Shown here: piece by piece, positions 13,200-28,039 of the stretch | How the letters are laid out: each line of letters opens with the position of its first letter | Position numbering within the stretch: position 1 is the first letter of the stretch | Assembly: GCA_026914245.1 (NCBI GenBank) | Contig: CP110440.1 | Coordinates: forward strand, 248,001-312,000 | Origin: Puccinia triticina | Lineage: Eukaryota | Reading direction: 5' to 3' | Length of the DNA: 64,000 nucleotides | Position numbers and translations under genes: made by a program | The notes under the pieces: generated by a model | What the model was told of the DNA's origin: nothing | The model's input: the letters and a program-made list of their open reading frames with translations, nothing else | Databases searched by the model: none

Positions 13200-15140
13200 A
13201 CTGTAATTGACCATCCAACTTCCAAGAGTGCAGTTCTCCTGAGGAATACCTATATGTAGAGTACAACCTGACTTGGTCTGTCATCCGCTTCTCCACCCAA
13301 TGAAGACCGGTGATTGGCGCATAGCTTATGACTCCAGAACAAAGGCCTTTATGAACAAGGGGTATTTCAACGGAAAGTTACCACATCTACCTTATATCCT
13401 AATTCACGTCCAGCAAGTTTCATGAAACTCCTGAATGTGTGGTGGCATTTTCCATCTATTTATATGAATAAATACCTTTAAAATCTTAGGCGTGTCACGG
13501 TGGTGGACTGTAGGAAGTTAGGAACCATGTATATTCCACTATAAAATGACTATATCCGGAAAAGATTCCATTGAAGAGTACAGGATTACATCAAGGATGC
13601 CGAGGATAGCATTACAAGATGATGAGATTTGAAACTGCGCCCGTTAGGTACACATAGATCGGTTTAGGGGCTCAGGTTAATAAGACAGAGCCATGATGAA
13701 GCTCAATGTTATTTCAATCATACATAAAACTCCGGAGGGAGGAAAAGCTACACTGGAAAGACTGAAAGTACAAAGAGGACGCCGAAAATAAGGATGCTGC
13801 AAGCATGTGCACGTTTGAAACTAGGCTTGTAAGGTGTACAACGATGTATGTAATCCAAGAGGAGAGCGATACTCGTCAAGTAAAAAAGTAAGGGCCTCCA
13901 AATCTAGGCTGATAGGTATCAAAGAGGGTAGTACAAGGAGAGCGTGGTACATATTTCGTAATAAAAAAAGCTTAGGGGCCTTGGACACTAGGCTTATAAG
14001 GTGTCGATAATAGTTTACATAGGAGCGAAGGGATAAATAATTTGTAGATGGGAAGGTAATGGCATAAAGCCTTTGAAACTAGGCTTGTAAGGTGTGGATG
14101 ATAGTTTACATCGAAAAGAGAGGGATAAAGAGGAAGATGGAATGAAAACTGTGTTGGTTTGGAGGCAAAAGACGATGACTCAGCTTTATTACTCAATGGT
14201 AAGGGTAGAAGGAACATACCAAGTCGAAGCATTCAAGTCGAGTCATCATCTCGGGTCATGGCTGCACTGAGTTGAATGTCCCGAAGCTCTTGAGGAAGAT
14301 CTTGCGGGATCAAGATCGTCATTCCATGTCGGCGACGAGATGACAGTGAGAGGAGGGGGCGAGGGGAAGGAGGGAGAGGGAGGCCGCGGCGACGGGATGA
14401 AAGTGAGAGGGGAGGACGAGAGGCACGAGGAGCTGGGTGGGGAGGGAGAGTGGAGCTGTTTGGAGGGGCGCGCCGAAGGGGGGGAGGAGGTTGAGTGAGA
14501 GTAGTGGTTCGAGCACGAGGGTAGGTGCGGTGGGTGGGGGTAAGGCCGAGAGCCTTGTTGACCCAGTCACCATTGATCTCGATGTCCTTGAGCTCAACAT
14601 CTGGGCCGGGTGGTGGACGAGCAGCCCGACGAATGGCATTGCTGCGAGCAACCCGCGGAGCCGGAAGAGGGGGGAAGTTGGGCGCGGTTGGGGCCCGGGG
14701 AACGGGACCAACGATCGCCGGGTCGGCGAACGGGTGGGGTGCCCTGCCACCGTCGCGGCTGGAAGCCAGGAAGGAAGGATGAGAAGAAGAGAGAGGATTG
14801 GATTAGATGTGGTTGGTGAATGCACTGAAAGTCAATAGATGAGAAGTAAACTATCACTGACTTGGGGCGGAGGGGGGAGGTGGGCACAGTTGGGGCCCGG
14901 TGAAGGGGACCAACAATTGCCGGGTCGGCGTATGGGTGGGGTGCCCTGCCCCCGTCGCGGCTGATAGCCAGAAAGAAAGCGTCAGATAGAGAAGAAAGAT
15001 TGGATTCGATACGCCCGGTGATGGGAAGGAAGGGTAAGGAAGATATGACTGACTTGGCGTTGGTGCCCATTGGGGACTGGGCACGAGCGAAGCAGAAGGG
15101 GCTGTGGGCAGAAGAGGGAGGGGGAGAGAGTCATCGAGAG
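13200..15140 (-). pseudogene. Degenerate Pro/Ser-rich gene-like or TE-derived sequence with an internal ~200-bp duplication
   Basis: Duplicated exon+intron-like unit (AATGAGHPTHTPTRQLLVPF / AATVAGHPTRSPTRRSLVPF, each preceded by a gtcagt-type donor); downstream frame broken by TGATGA, consistent with CGA->TGA decay. No family recognised; boundaries approximate. Confidence 0.3.
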
Positions 15141-17426
15141 GAATTAGTATTGTGAGGCCGATGGGAGGAAGGGGGAGAAGTGGTGGTGGCGGTGGTGTGC
15201 GGATATGAGGGGGATGGGAGAGGGCTCTAGGGATATCCTTACACTAGCTTATGGCTGTGGGGCGGGTGGTGTGGAAAGTTTTCAGGAAGGCATGGGGGGA
15301 AGGAGGGAGCGGGGGGAAGGGACGAAAAGGAGGGCTATAAATAGCTGATGAGGGAAGAAACGCGTGCCGCGACTGCTGAGCCTCGACAAAGGCAAGCAGC
15401 ACGCTGCGTGTTGGTGTGGAAGGCTCAGCACGATCTCGTTCCAGCAACGAGCCGCGACGCGCCAGACGCTGGCAGTTCATGAGCCCACTCAGGCAGACTC
15501 TATACTCACAAAGGGAAGCAGTGCTTCTGTAAAAAAAAAAAAAATTACACCAGTTTGTAATGTTGGACATCATATTGGGTGTCTCTAGTTATGATACTTC
15601 TCAGTGCACTCGCCGCGGAAGTGAGTTGCTGCTGAGCACATTATCAGACCAAGTTTCGTTGTCCTAGAGGCGAGTGAGTTTTAACTGGCTCCGAAGCAAA
15701 GTAGCAGTTGGCCTACTCCAACGAGCTTGGCTGATGAATGCCCGAATCCTACAGCTTCCTCCGCGTACAATCCGTTATGCCGATATCGCAATAGACTATA
15801 GTGAGTCGGCGGCAGCATACCGTTTGAGTGATTTGTTGATCGAGCAAAGCGGGTGCTCGCTACTGGACCAACACTTGGCAATTGACTTCCAACTCACTGA
15901 AACCAATCGGATATCACTTCCTCAAATGAGCCAGCGTAGGCCCGCTTCTATTACTACATACCCGCGCCGGAGTTATCCTGGTCAGTCGTCATCTGGGTCT
16001 GCCTCCGGCCTCTAATCTTCGCAGCAGCTAGGTGATACTCGAGTCCTTTAGAGGAGTGAGAAATGGAATCCCTTTCCAAAATCTGCCGATTGACACCGCT
16101 GTTGCAGCAACGAGTCTCTGGTAGCTTAATGTTTCACGGCTTCCATGCCATTCTTTTTTCCTTTTTTTGGTCCACTGAACAAAGCCATACTCGCTGCTCA
16201 ACAGCTTAGCGTGGCTGAAAACAAAACGGCCATGACTTCCTCAAATCAAGCAGAGGCGCGCTCTAATTATTCGCTGCGCAAGGCATATCCTGCTGGGTGA
16301 TGGCCGGCCTAGATGGGCAACAGCCCAAGCCTGCGGGAACCGGGTACATATTTCTTAGACGACCGCAGCTGGGCCCTGCTTCAAAGTTACATTATTCTCG
16401 ACGACGGCGTTACTGCCAGTTTCCCAATCTCAAAACCCGCGACTGGTTGGCAAACTCAGAGGATGTGATATTTTCAACAAAGCATGTATTGTGTTTTGAA
16501 AAAAGCTTGGACACTTTTACACAACTAGTTCTACAGTGGAAAGTTTCGAAGCTACACCTTTGGGTTCTGGGTGGCACTGGTAGTTGGACATGAGCAGAAT
16601 CTGTGGGTGAACCTCATTTTTGGAATACATCAAGTGAAGTTGGTGATTGGATTGCTCAACTGTCCTAGGATTATTCAAAACACAATATGTACGTATGTCC
16701 TCGTTCTGATTAGGGTTGTGTGCCGGGGTAGTGGATTGCAGCCACAAAGAACAGAAAACGGGGGCGCTTCACAGGGAAGCTTGGTTTCTCAAACGTCGGC
16801 TGGGAAGTGCCTGTTGAATTGATGGTTTGATCGGTTTGTCTACCCAAGAGTTCCGGATGACTACCGAATGAATCTCTGAAGGCCAGATCCCCGGATCAAG
16901 GGTAAAGGAGACAGGAGCCAAATGGATCTACGCTTTTTCTTTGCCGTTTCCTGGGCAAGGTTCGGGGCGTCGGAAGGTTTTTCACGTCGATTTGCTTGAT
17001 GGCGTTTTCTGTTCATCTCATCCAATGTTGGGCTTGCGAGGTAGCTTGGCGTTGAGAGCTGCGAGCCTCCCCAGAAAGGATGCATAGAGCTCCCAAAAAA
17101 AGCAACGTAAGTAGATTTGTTGTGCGAGGACGGCGACTGCTCGGGTGGCAAGAGGGTGAGTCAGGGTGACTGGAGGGGGTGGCCCTGTCTTGATGCGGGC
17201 GGAGAGGGCTGTGAGGGCTGTTTGAGGATTGTGCTCATAACAGGTGATCTTCGAGTGTTAGAAGTGCTTCTCTATCAGCAGTTTCCGGGAAGCTGATGAT
17301 CTGGCTGGTGCGCTGGTGCGCGGGGGGTGCGCGGTGGCGGCTGCTTAGGTAATCCGATCGACTTCTGAAATACTCCGTCTTCGGCCCAGCCTCAGCACAA
17401 GCCACACCCAGCCACCCTCCCCCAGC

Positions 17427-20400
17427 ATGGCCAACCAGCAACCACCACACTATCCACACCCAAACCAACACTATCAACAACAGCAACAACATCAGCAGCA
17501 TCAACAGCAGCAGCAGCAGCAATACCAACAGCATGAACAGCCCCTCGCCCATGGCCTCGCAAACATCAGCCTCAGCGTAAGCACAGAGATCCCAGCCCAA
17601 CAGCAGCAAGACGCTGACTGCACTCGCCCATAGCAAACAGACGGAACACCCGCAAAGACCAAGCGACCCGCCAGGGCATTCCACCAGGAAACACAGCCCC
17701 CACCCGCCACCGGACTCAACTCGCCCATGCCGCCCCGCCCAGAGCTGAACACCACCTTCCGCCACCGCCCCGACCGTCCCGAGCACCTCCAGCGCTACCA
17801 GCACCAGCCCATGCCCGTCGTCCCCCCAGGCCCTCCGCTCGACCAGCAGCAGCACCAGCAGCAGAACCCCCCGCTCTTCCCCCAGCCCAGCCAGCCCCGC
17901 TCCGCCGGCCCCCGCAACCGGATCGACCCCAACCAGATCCCCTCGCCCGTCATCGTCCACGAGCAGGACGCCGAGATCTTCGCCCAGGAACCCTTCCGCA
18001 CCGCCCACACCCTCTACCCCGCACCCTCCTTCGCCCCCAACAACCCTCCCCCACCCCCCCCACAGATCCCGCTCAGTCTGACCGACTACGTGGCCATCGA
18101 CCAGGGGAACTGCTCCCCCAGATTCATCCGCGCAACCACCTACTGTCTGCCCGCATCCGACGACATCGCCCAGGCCGCCGAACTCCCCCTGGGCTTGGTC
18201 ATCCAGCCCCTCGCCGAACTCGCTCAGGGCGAGGGCGACTGCGTGCCCGTCGCCGACTTCAGCCAGGACCCAACCGGGCCCCCACGCTGTAGCAGCTGTC
18301 GCGGGTACATCAACCCGTGGTGTACATTCATCGACGGCGGAAACCGCTTCAGATGCAACCTGTGTGGCAAACCAAGCGATGGTCAGTCCTCACCATACAC
18401 ATGTATAAAAAAAAAAAAAAAAAAAGAAAACCCCTCAGCGCTGATCCCGTATCATCTTTATAGTACCTTCGGCCTACTTTTGCCATCTCGACATGTCCGG
18501 GCGGAGGGTGGACCATTACCAGCGTCCGGAGCTATGCAGGGGATCGGTCGACTTCATCGTCAACCAGGACTACTGGGTCCAGTCGGACTCCTCCGACTCC
18601 AAGCTGACCGCCAGACCCCCACAACCGATGAAATACCTGTTCGCCATCGACGTCAGCTGGTCGGCCAGCAAGAGCGGCATGCTCGAGCAGATCACCAAGT
18701 CGATCAAGTCCATCATCTTCAACCAAGACCCGCAAGACCAACTCAAGGTAGACGACGACCTAGACTTCCCCCAGGAGAGCTTGAAGCCCACCCGCACCTT
18801 CCCCACCGGCGCCCACGTGGGCTTCATCACCTTCGACCGCACCGTCCACTTCTACAACCTCAAAGCTGGCCTCGACCAGGCCCAGATGCTCGTCGTCCCC
18901 GACCTCGACGACATGTTCGTGCCGATCGGCGAGGACGCCCTCTACGTCGACCCCGCAGAATCCCCGGCTATGATCCACAATCTGCTCGACAGCCTCCCAT
19001 CCATGTTTGCCGAGAATAACATCATGGAATCCGCCCTCGGCGGCCCGGTCCAAGCTGCCTTCTCAAGCTTGGTAAGTCATTGCCCCAAGCTTGGTTTATT
19101 GACTAACTGACTGGGGGTTCTATCTTCTATACAGAAACGACTGGGTGGTCAAGTGAACATCTTCCTCACCTCATTGCCGACGATCGGACCGGGCGGCTTG
19201 AAACAGAGAGAAGATACCAAGCTGTATAACACCGAGAAGGAGAGCACGCTGTTCAATCCCGCCGATCCGTGGTACCGCCAAGTCGCAGAAGAGTGCTCGT
19301 TGGCCGGGATCGGGATCAACATGTTTCTGTTCCCGTCCCAATACATCGATGTCGCCACAATCAGTCAATCATCTCTCCTTCTTAATGCAGGTTGGAGCAA
19401 AATCTGACCGGCTTCTTCTTCTCGCGTAGGTGTCTTGTCCGGCATCACCGGCGGCGAAGTCTTCTTTCACCCAAGATTCAACCCCCAGCGCGATTGCTTC
19501 AAGGTCCATTCCGAGCTGCGTAGGGTGCTGACGAGGGAGACAGCGGCGAGTGTGACAATGCGGATCCGGTGCTCCAACGGTACACACACACATCATTTCT
19601 CTGCTTACTCCCCGCCACCACCACTGCTGCTACTACTACTACTACTCAGCCGAATAAAAGGACTGACACAGATGTTGGTTTATCAAAGGGCTGCGAATCT
19701 CCGAGCATTTCGGCTCGTTCCTGCAACGCAATGTCACCGACCTGGAGTTTGGGAACCTCGATGCGGACAAGGCGATCGCGGCGTTGCTGAAGATCGAGGG
19801 CAAATTGGAGGACAACGGCTCGGTGGAGGCCCAGCTCCAATGCGCCCTTCTCTACACCTCGGCCGCCGGAGAACGCAGGGTCAGGTGCCATAACTTGACC
19901 CTGCCCGTCACCAGGGTCATCGGGAACATCTTCCGGTCCGCCGATATGGACGCGACGATGGCCCTGTTGACAAAACAATGTGCGCGTCTTACATTGCTTA
20001 TTAGTCTTGATTTAGTGGTGCTGTTCTGACATGGAGATGGTGGGGGTGGACAGATATTGCGCAGATCGTGCAAGTCCCATTACGCGATGTCCGGGCGACG
20101 TTGACGGAGAGCTGTGTGAAGATCCTCCTGGCCTATCGCAAGCACTGTGCCTCGTCGACCTCACCGGGCCAGCTCATCCTGCCGGAGTCGTACAAGCTGT
20201 TCCCGCTATATGCACTGGGGCTGATGAAGACGAAGGCGGTGAAGGGCGGCAATGTGTCCTCGGACGTCCGGACGCATTACATGCGCTACCTCAAGTCGCT
20301 CGGCGTCGCACAGACCATCCTCATGCTCTACCCCCGAATGGTCCCCATCCACTCCCTCAACGACGTCCCGGAGGCTTGTCAGTTCAACCCCCACAACCAC

Positions 20401-21092
20401 AAGTTCATCCTCCCTCCCTTGATGCGCGCGAGTTACTTGCGGATGGAAGCCGACGGGGTCTATCTGATCGGTAAGTTATACCTCCGTGAGCCCAGTACAC
20501 AAGAGAGAGATACTGACTGGATCGATGATGATGGTCTGTGCAGAGAACGGAGACATGATGATCATGTGGATCGGCTCAGGGGTATCGACGGAAGTGTTAT
20601 CGGACCTCTTCGGAGTGACGTCTCTGGAGGCACTGGACCCGAAGCTGTTCGCGGCCCGGCTGCCCAAGCGCCCTGCCCCGCTCTCCATCAAGGTCCGTCG
20701 GCTCCTCAAGACCTTCGACCTCCGAAGGGGAGACCGGGCCCTCCCACTCCTCGTCTCTCGCCAATCGCTCGACTCGACCGAGTTCGAGTTCGCTAATCTG
20801 TTGGTCGAGGACCAGAATAACGACGCCATGTCTTAGTACGTCCTCTCCCTCTCTCCCCTCTCGTCTTCTTCGCTCGCTCCTCCGCTGATCGAGGTTTTCT
20901 TTGGGGATGGACACGCTGTGTAGTGTCGATTATCTCTGCTTCGTCCATAAGCAGATCCAGAACGATCTTTCCGGTGCCGGGAGCTCCTCGAAAGCTAGTT
21001 ACCAACAGGACGACCACCAGGCCGCCGCCGCCGGCGGCGGCAATGCCGCGAGCTTCATCGACCCCGGATCTTTGTGGCGTGCCGCGTGGTAG
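17427..21092 (+). CDS. SEC24: COPII coat subunit Sec24 family (probably SEC24C/D / Sfb3-Lst1-like), multi-exon
   Basis: Q/P-rich N-terminus, GNCSPRFIR, zinc finger PRCSSCRGYINPW..RCNLC, RPELCRGSVDF, vWA trunk (YLFAIDVS, VGFITFD), QLILPESYKLFPLY helical domain, gelsolin-like end, SYVDYLCFVHKQI; stop TAG at 21092. Confidence 0.93.
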
Positions 21093-21694
21093 AATATTCA
21101 TCCTGCTTACCAAAACCTTAAACGCAGGCGCTTTCCTTTCCCCGCCCAGATCACCAATCATTCCTTGCTTTTCTCTTCTTCATGCTGTCTACCTGTTCTT
21201 TTCCATTTTTTTGTTGTCTTGTCCAATCATTCTCTTTGCTTCGTATCTCTCTCTTTACGATTATGTTTCTACCACACACATCCGACCCACACAACACACA
21301 CACCCTTGCATCTCTCTTGTCTCTCTTGTCCAGCCTTCTTCCACTGTTGTCAAAACCAACACAATGTCACGCCCCACGAAAAAATGTTTAATATACATAC
21401 ATACATACAATAGAAACCCTTTCTTTGCTTTTTTTTGTACAAATTCGCCGAATAGATGTGGTTCGAAAAGAAGACGGTGCTTCCAACGACGGCTCACGAA
21501 CATGTTTTGGGGGCCGATGATCGGTGCACGCGGCAGGTTTGCAGTGCGGCTGCGCGGAGTATTCGACAGGCGCGCGCAGACCTCCATCCCCATCCTGTGC
21601 CGCCAAGTATCTCCGGATGCATACGAATGTGCAGGAAGGAAGGACGCGAGAGAGGCGCCTTTGCGAAAGTAAATCCCGAATCATTAGTCAGGGC

Positions 21695-22050
21695 TGAACT
21701 TAACCAAGTCCCTCTCTCGCCTGAGGCTTTGCCGGAGGGACTTATGACTTATCAGGATTCTTCGCATGAGATAAATTTTTGTTTTGGTGGTGTTTTTGTT
21801 TGAACCCCCAAATCTCCACTCTGATTATTCCAAACCTTCTAAGCTTTTGGTGGATGGTACGCCTCCATCTCCCCCTCCTTCTGATATAATTTCAGACCCC
21901 ATTGTCATCATCTTCATCCCTATTTTATTTTTCTTAAACATACATTTCCTCGAGTTTTGTGGAATTTCCTTTCTCTCACGCAAAGAATCCTAATAAGTCA
22001 TAAGTCCCTCCGGCAAAGCCTCAGGCGAGAGAGGGACTTAGTTAAGTTCG
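21695..22050. mobile_element. Mutator-like MITE, 356 bp
   Basis: Long TIRs ((t/c)gaacttaa.caagtccctctctcgcctgaggctttgccggagggacttatgactta...) and a perfect 9-bp TSD AGTCAGGGC (21686-21694 / 22051-22059). Confidence 0.88.
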
Positions 22051-22724
22051 AGTCAGGGCGTGAGTCGACCATCCGGGGGTGTGGAGTTGTGTTCAGGACC
22101 AAGCGTGGCTGGTTGCAAGTTCAGCCCGGGATAGACAGAAAGTAGAAGGGAGGCGAGGGTGTGTCTGCGTCCATCATCCGACAACTCTATGCTTGGACTA
22201 GAGGATGCAGCTTGGTCAAGGAGGCAAGCCGCCGGCGTGGACAGAGGGCGAGATTGGCGAGACCAAGGACTGATCACACCAACCATATGGCATCTATCAG
22301 GCAGCAAGACATCCATCTGCAGGCGGACTATCCATCAGTTCATACGCTGTCGTCCCGGGCGCCTTGGTGGGCTTCGTCGGCGAATCGGATAGGGCGTCTC
22401 CCCTGGCCGCAGACGCGCCCATTTGGTTCCAACCCGCATCATTATTCTACGGCTTGGTGCTTGCGTAGGTATCCTTTACGAGGGTAATCAATGTACCTCC
22501 TTACTGATCTGAGTGTCTCTCTCGAAAGCTCTGTCTGTTGAACCGACCCCAAGTTCTCACTTACCTTCCTCCATAAACGCTTGTCTCGCCGCCCAGTAAA
22601 TCGGAGTCACTGCTCGTTCCATCCGATTTGACTTACTCGTGCCCGTCACACAATTCAATCCCCCTCCAAGGCCCAGTGTTCATTAATTTCGAAGATTAGC
22701 GTATTCCGGAGAAATCTGGGAATC

Positions 22725-25486
22725 ATGAAGTTGGGAGTATTGGGATTGATAGCGTCGATTTCGTCCGCAGGCGGAGCCACACTTCGTATGGAGGATGCCG
22801 CCCAAGCAGCGCCCCAGTCCAGTGTGCTGTTTGAGGCCCATCGAGCGCCGGCGCGTTTCCAAAAACTCAGGGAGCCGCCGCGGGACGGCCACAGGATCAC
22901 GCTTCAAATCGGCCTCAGGAACACCCGATTCGAAGATTCGATCGATGGGCTCTTGGAGCGGATGTCAGATCCGAGCCATCCTGACTTCCGCCCACATCTG
23001 GACGACGACGAGTTTGCCGAGCTGGTTGAGCCAGATAGCCAGTCCGTGGCAGCCGTCGTTGGTTGGCTGGAAAGTCACGGGTTTCGAAATGACCAGATGA
23101 AATGGACAGCGCGCAAGGATTGGATTAGTTTGGAGAGAGTCCCATTGAGGAAGGTTGAGCACATGCTTAATACGACTTACTCCGTTTATCAAGATCAAGA
23201 CAGTGAACGTATTATTCGAACTGAGAAATACAGTTTGCCAAAGAATCTTCATCGCCACATTGATTTAGTGCAGGTGAGCACCCATCCCTGGGCTTGCCAT
23301 CCCCTCATTTGTTGTGATCCATTTTCATGTTTGTCCTTGTTTCCTTGCTCTCGTGCTCTCTTAACCTTGAAGCCCACAACAATGGTGAGTTTCTCAAGTT
23401 CATGAACTTCAAAAGTGGAGCAACACTCAACCCACAAGTGCGGAAACATGCGTCTGCTTGTCTGGATTAATTGAAATAAATATCCAGTTCGGTAGTTTGC
23501 ACAAGCAACGATCAAGAGTGAGCAAGATATCGCAAGTCTCAGAAGTAAATAACAAGAGGTTTCTGGATAATATACCAGACATATGCCTAGGTCCAATACT
23601 TGTGACGAACGGTTGTTTGCGCCGACTCTATAAAACCGAAAACTATCAAGTACAGGTCCCGGAAAGGAATATGATTGCTACCACCGGCTACCTCGGCGAG
23701 AGTGCAAACTTCGAGGACGCTCAGTTGTTCTTGAGGACACAAAGAGCTGACCAGGTCGGAGGGACGTTTGATGTTGTCCTCGTTAATGGCGGAAGTAATC
23801 CACAGGACTTGAATCAACAACAGATTGATAAGCAACTGGGTGTAGAAGTGAGTTCTTGGGTGCATTCTGGAGGGAATCACGAGCGCCATGCTCCAGCGAG
23901 ATTGATCCTTGGACCCCCCCCCCCCTTGAATATAGGCCAATCTGGACACCCAAACTGCCCTGGGACTAACTCTGCCAACGAGGAACGTCTTTTACTCGGT
24001 TGGAGGAAGGCCGCCTTTCATCGCGGATTTGGCGACTCCTGAAAACAATAATGAACCGTTCCTTGAATGGCTGCAGTACATGCTCGCGCAGCCTATAGAA
24101 AAAATACCCAAGGTTATCAGCTCATCTTGTGAGGCACTCTTTTTCTCCACACCCGGGCGATAGAAAAGGGAATGCATAACACAACTTCCTGAGCTAAGAA
24201 ATTTTCTGCCGATGATCAAAACTACTAGACGGTGACGAGGAGCAGTCTGTCCCCTTCAGCTACGCGCGCCGAGTTTGTTACGGTTTCGCGGCGCTTAGTG
24301 CTCGTGGAGTTTCATTAATCTTCTCATCGGGCGACTATGGAGTCGGTGAAAGCGGTACGTGTTATACCAATGACGGCCACGTGAGTTTTGTAATCTCGGC
24401 CACCAGATTTTTCACCGTCTGGGATACCTTGGAAAGCTGATCTTTTTTTCGTTTTCTGCTTGCTAGCGAAAGAAGGCCTTCTTGCCAGATTTCCCCGCAA
24501 GTTGCCCCTAGTAAGTCACAGCCTTCTGAATGCGATGGTTCCACAAGACTCAAGAAATTCAGGTTTCCTGCGCTTCCCTGATTTATCAATTCAGCGTAAC
24601 AACAGTTGGTGGAACTGAAAACTTCTACCCAGAAGTAGCGGCATCCAAGTTCGGACTGGCTGGTTTCGCCAGCGGGGGTGGATTTTGTGAGCACCTGACT
24701 ACTCTTCTCCTCGTTTTCTTTAAGAAGTTTGAGACTGTTTTCTCGCATCTAACCATTTTCATTTAACCGTCAATAAATTGCGGGATACCCACTTACGATT
24801 AAAATAACCGTCGAAGCCAACTACTTTCAAAGGCCCGAATGGCAGCGAAATGCGGTAGATCGTTACCTCCAATTCCTCGGGCCTGACGAATTCAAAGGCT
24901 TTTACAATCCAGCTGGAAGAGCTTACCCGGACGTATCTGCTCAAGGCAGCAGGTACGCCATAGCTTGGCGACAAACCTTCCTGAGTGGTGAGTCACGTTC
25001 TCCTTCTTGGACATGAGCATAGAAGTGGTGGGGGGACAGCTGAAAACGAGTCTTCGAAATTGCTTACCGCCAGTCGATGGCACCTCAGCTTCCTCGCCGA
25101 CGTTCGCATCGATAATTGCACTGCTGAATGACTACAGCCTTTCGTTGGGTGGCCCTTCACTGGGTTATCTGAACCCATGGCTGTATGCTTCCGGCTACCG
25201 GGGCCTGAACGACATCACTCTCGGAAACGCCCGGGGATGCAATACCACTGGGTTCAGAGCCGCCGAAGGTTGGGATCCGTGAGCATATATACAAACAACT
25301 ATTCCTTTGTTCCTTCTGTCACCGAAGACTGCGCACTCAACACCTAATTCATGTGCGTTCCATCAATTTAGGGTAACCGGCCTAGGAACCCCTGATTTCC
25401 AAAAGCTGCAAGAACTCATTAGACCTTGGAGCTTGGCTATGGCACAAGGTGCAAAGGCTTTTCGCGCAAAGATCAAAGCTATCTAA
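22725..25486 (+). CDS. Secreted tripeptidyl-peptidase / sedolisin (peptidase S53), copy 1, multi-exon
   Basis: Signal-peptide-like start, pro-domain, catalytic E|ANLD, FSSGD oxyanion motif, [22 protein letters not shown] (catalytic Ser), [22 protein letters not shown]; stop TAA at 25486. Confidence 0.93.
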
Positions 25487-28039
25487 ATCAACTTCACTGG
25501 AACCAATTTTGTTCCACATTCTTATTCTTCATTTCATGTGATGTATTAGCCTAGCCACCTAACTATTGAATAATAAGGCCCGTCTCTCAGCACATAGAGC
25601 TGCTGAAATCCAATTGGCAATCCTTTCATCCTCAGTTCACCAAATGTGTAACATGCTTTCTAGATGATCACAAGCTTGCCAAATAGTCCCACACTACGTG
25701 AAAAAGCCACTTGACTACCACATGTTGGCAGATGAAATAATCCAGCACAAACTGCTACTAGGCTAGTAAACCCACCCAATTGCATGATAGTGGCATATAC
25801 ACACCCACTGTCCAATATACAGTCACACGGTGAGGGGTTAAGTGTTGCAAACAGTGTGCGACAACCAGACTAGTTTGTTGGTACATCTGCGGTCACTTTG
25901 CAGCTTCCACAGTGACTGTGCATGTGTTTGTCTGGGTGTTGCACTGCAGCATGCAACAGTGGAGGAATTCCCGTGCAGTCTGGGACACCCGCAGATGCTG
26001 GTCTAGATTTTCTCAGGGAAATATGGCTTTTTAGGCTCTGGATCACTTCGGGGAGACCCGCAGATCTCGACGGGAAATCATCCAGTAAACTCAACACCGT
26101 GTCACTGTGCATTATAGCTTGGTTGGACCAGCCTTTTGAAAAAGGTTCAACTTACACTGGCAGGTCCATACCCTGTTTGGGGTATCCGTGGTGTTGCTGC
26201 TGTTGTATTATAAGCAGTTGATTTTACTCCGGTGCCCAGTGGCAGTCGGAGGGGAAATGTGGTATGTATAGATAATAGGATTATATTTCACTACTAGCAT
26301 AGGTATTTAGCTTATGTTTATATCTTGTTTCTCAATATCTCTAAAAGACTCCTTCCGAGTCCCATGGGTGCCGGTGAACTCCTCTTTTCCTCACTCTCTC
26401 TTGTTTTCTCTTCACCGGCATCCCAGAGCACAAGAGGAAGTACCTTCACCTCCAAGTTTAGCCGCAGCCGAGTAGGCTATGTGACAATGTCACAATAGTT
26501 ACACGGGTGTTACATGCATGTCCAGCACTTGCCGCAGCACTGGTAATCTCTCAAATATCCGGGATGAAGAGTTTTTGGGATGTTGCATCCCCCACATTTA
26601 CACGGTTATACCAACCAGGGTATGCCTGCCTTTCAAGGCCGCCTGTGCAGGCCTTTTTGGAGACCTGAGGTGAGCGCCGCGCCGCCGATGCCTGCACAAA
26701 ATCAGAAAACGAGTTTCGCTGGGAGTTTGTAAGCAGGTCCCGACCAATGCTGACCAATGGTTGTCTACGAATTTATGCATCAGCAATCAAAATTCAGAAG
26801 CGAGCATAAAAGTGGAACTGTGGATCATTCGACGGTCGACCGAATCGAACATTGCCGCCCCGAAGCTGCCATGTATCAGCAGCGCCTTCTCCTGCGAGAA
26901 ATTTACATAATGTACACCAAAACTGCACATCGCCCATCGGAGGTTTCATGCCTACACAAGAACTTTGGCTTGGTACTTCAGGGTTCAGCCGCCAGCTCAA
27001 GGTTAAAGTGTCGACCAGATTCTACTGCAGGTATCGTTTCAAATACCACTAAACTCTAGTACAGCTTACCTGTCCCAGGTGAATCTACGGATAGACTCAA
27101 GCAAGCGCCCCAAGGGAAACCTCGGAGGCTCGGTCTCATAGCAGGGCTGGGTTGCGATTCAGCTATCAGGTGGTCTGAGCAGTGCGTAGCTGGCGGTAAC
27201 ACACCAAGCATTTCCGACTTCGGCAGCAGCAGCATGGAGCTTGACCTCAGTTTAATCGACCATTACCACGATCGCCCAGCGTATTCCTAGTCAGGACTCT
27301 TTGTGAAAACGCCTTGGGCAGGCAAGAGGAAATGCGCTCGTTGTGAGCATTCTCCTCGTGACTACAATCTTCTACTTCTTGTCACAAATAGAAACAATAG
27401 TGAGGCTATAGACCGAAGCGAACACCTCCTTGGTATTACTCGAGCTCTTGGGCATGGCGCATCGCCTGCCAAGTCGGTCCACACCCAATATGTCGTAGAC
27501 ATTCATGATGGAAGTAGAACTAAATGTGATCTGAACCTCTGGATTCGCCAGCCTTCCGGCTGGACGCACCCAAACAGATCTAGCCATGTTGTATCTGAAG
27601 TCATGATTTTTTTAAGCAAAACACCCGCTTGGAGAGCCGTGCCAAACCATATGTCTAACCACCAATTTTCATACGATGTACCCGCCAATTTGCCACTTCT
27701 TCGAACCGCGAAACCAAGGAAAATTACCTTCATAAATGTACCCTTTCTCCCAGTAGCCGTACTTCATAGATTCCCGCACAGTCGCTTTTCCCTTTCTATC
27801 AGAATCTTTGAATTTGTCGCTGTTGGCCATCGACTCTCATAAATCAAGTTATTTCACCCGTAATTCAATCGGCCTGTAACCTTTTTTCCATCCTCTCATT
27901 CCTTCGTCAGCAGATTCACAGGTAAACACCCAAACGACACATTTGTTCTTGACCAACTACCCATCAGGACGCCCTCTTGATTCATTACCTTCGGCGCAAG
28001 CGTTCAATCACCCAGGGGACATTTTGAAGAACTCGAATC

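Noticed and set aside
26201..26493. Possible solo LTR ending TGTGACAATGTCACA between the sedolisins
   Set aside because: LTR-like composition, but no matching TSD could be found.
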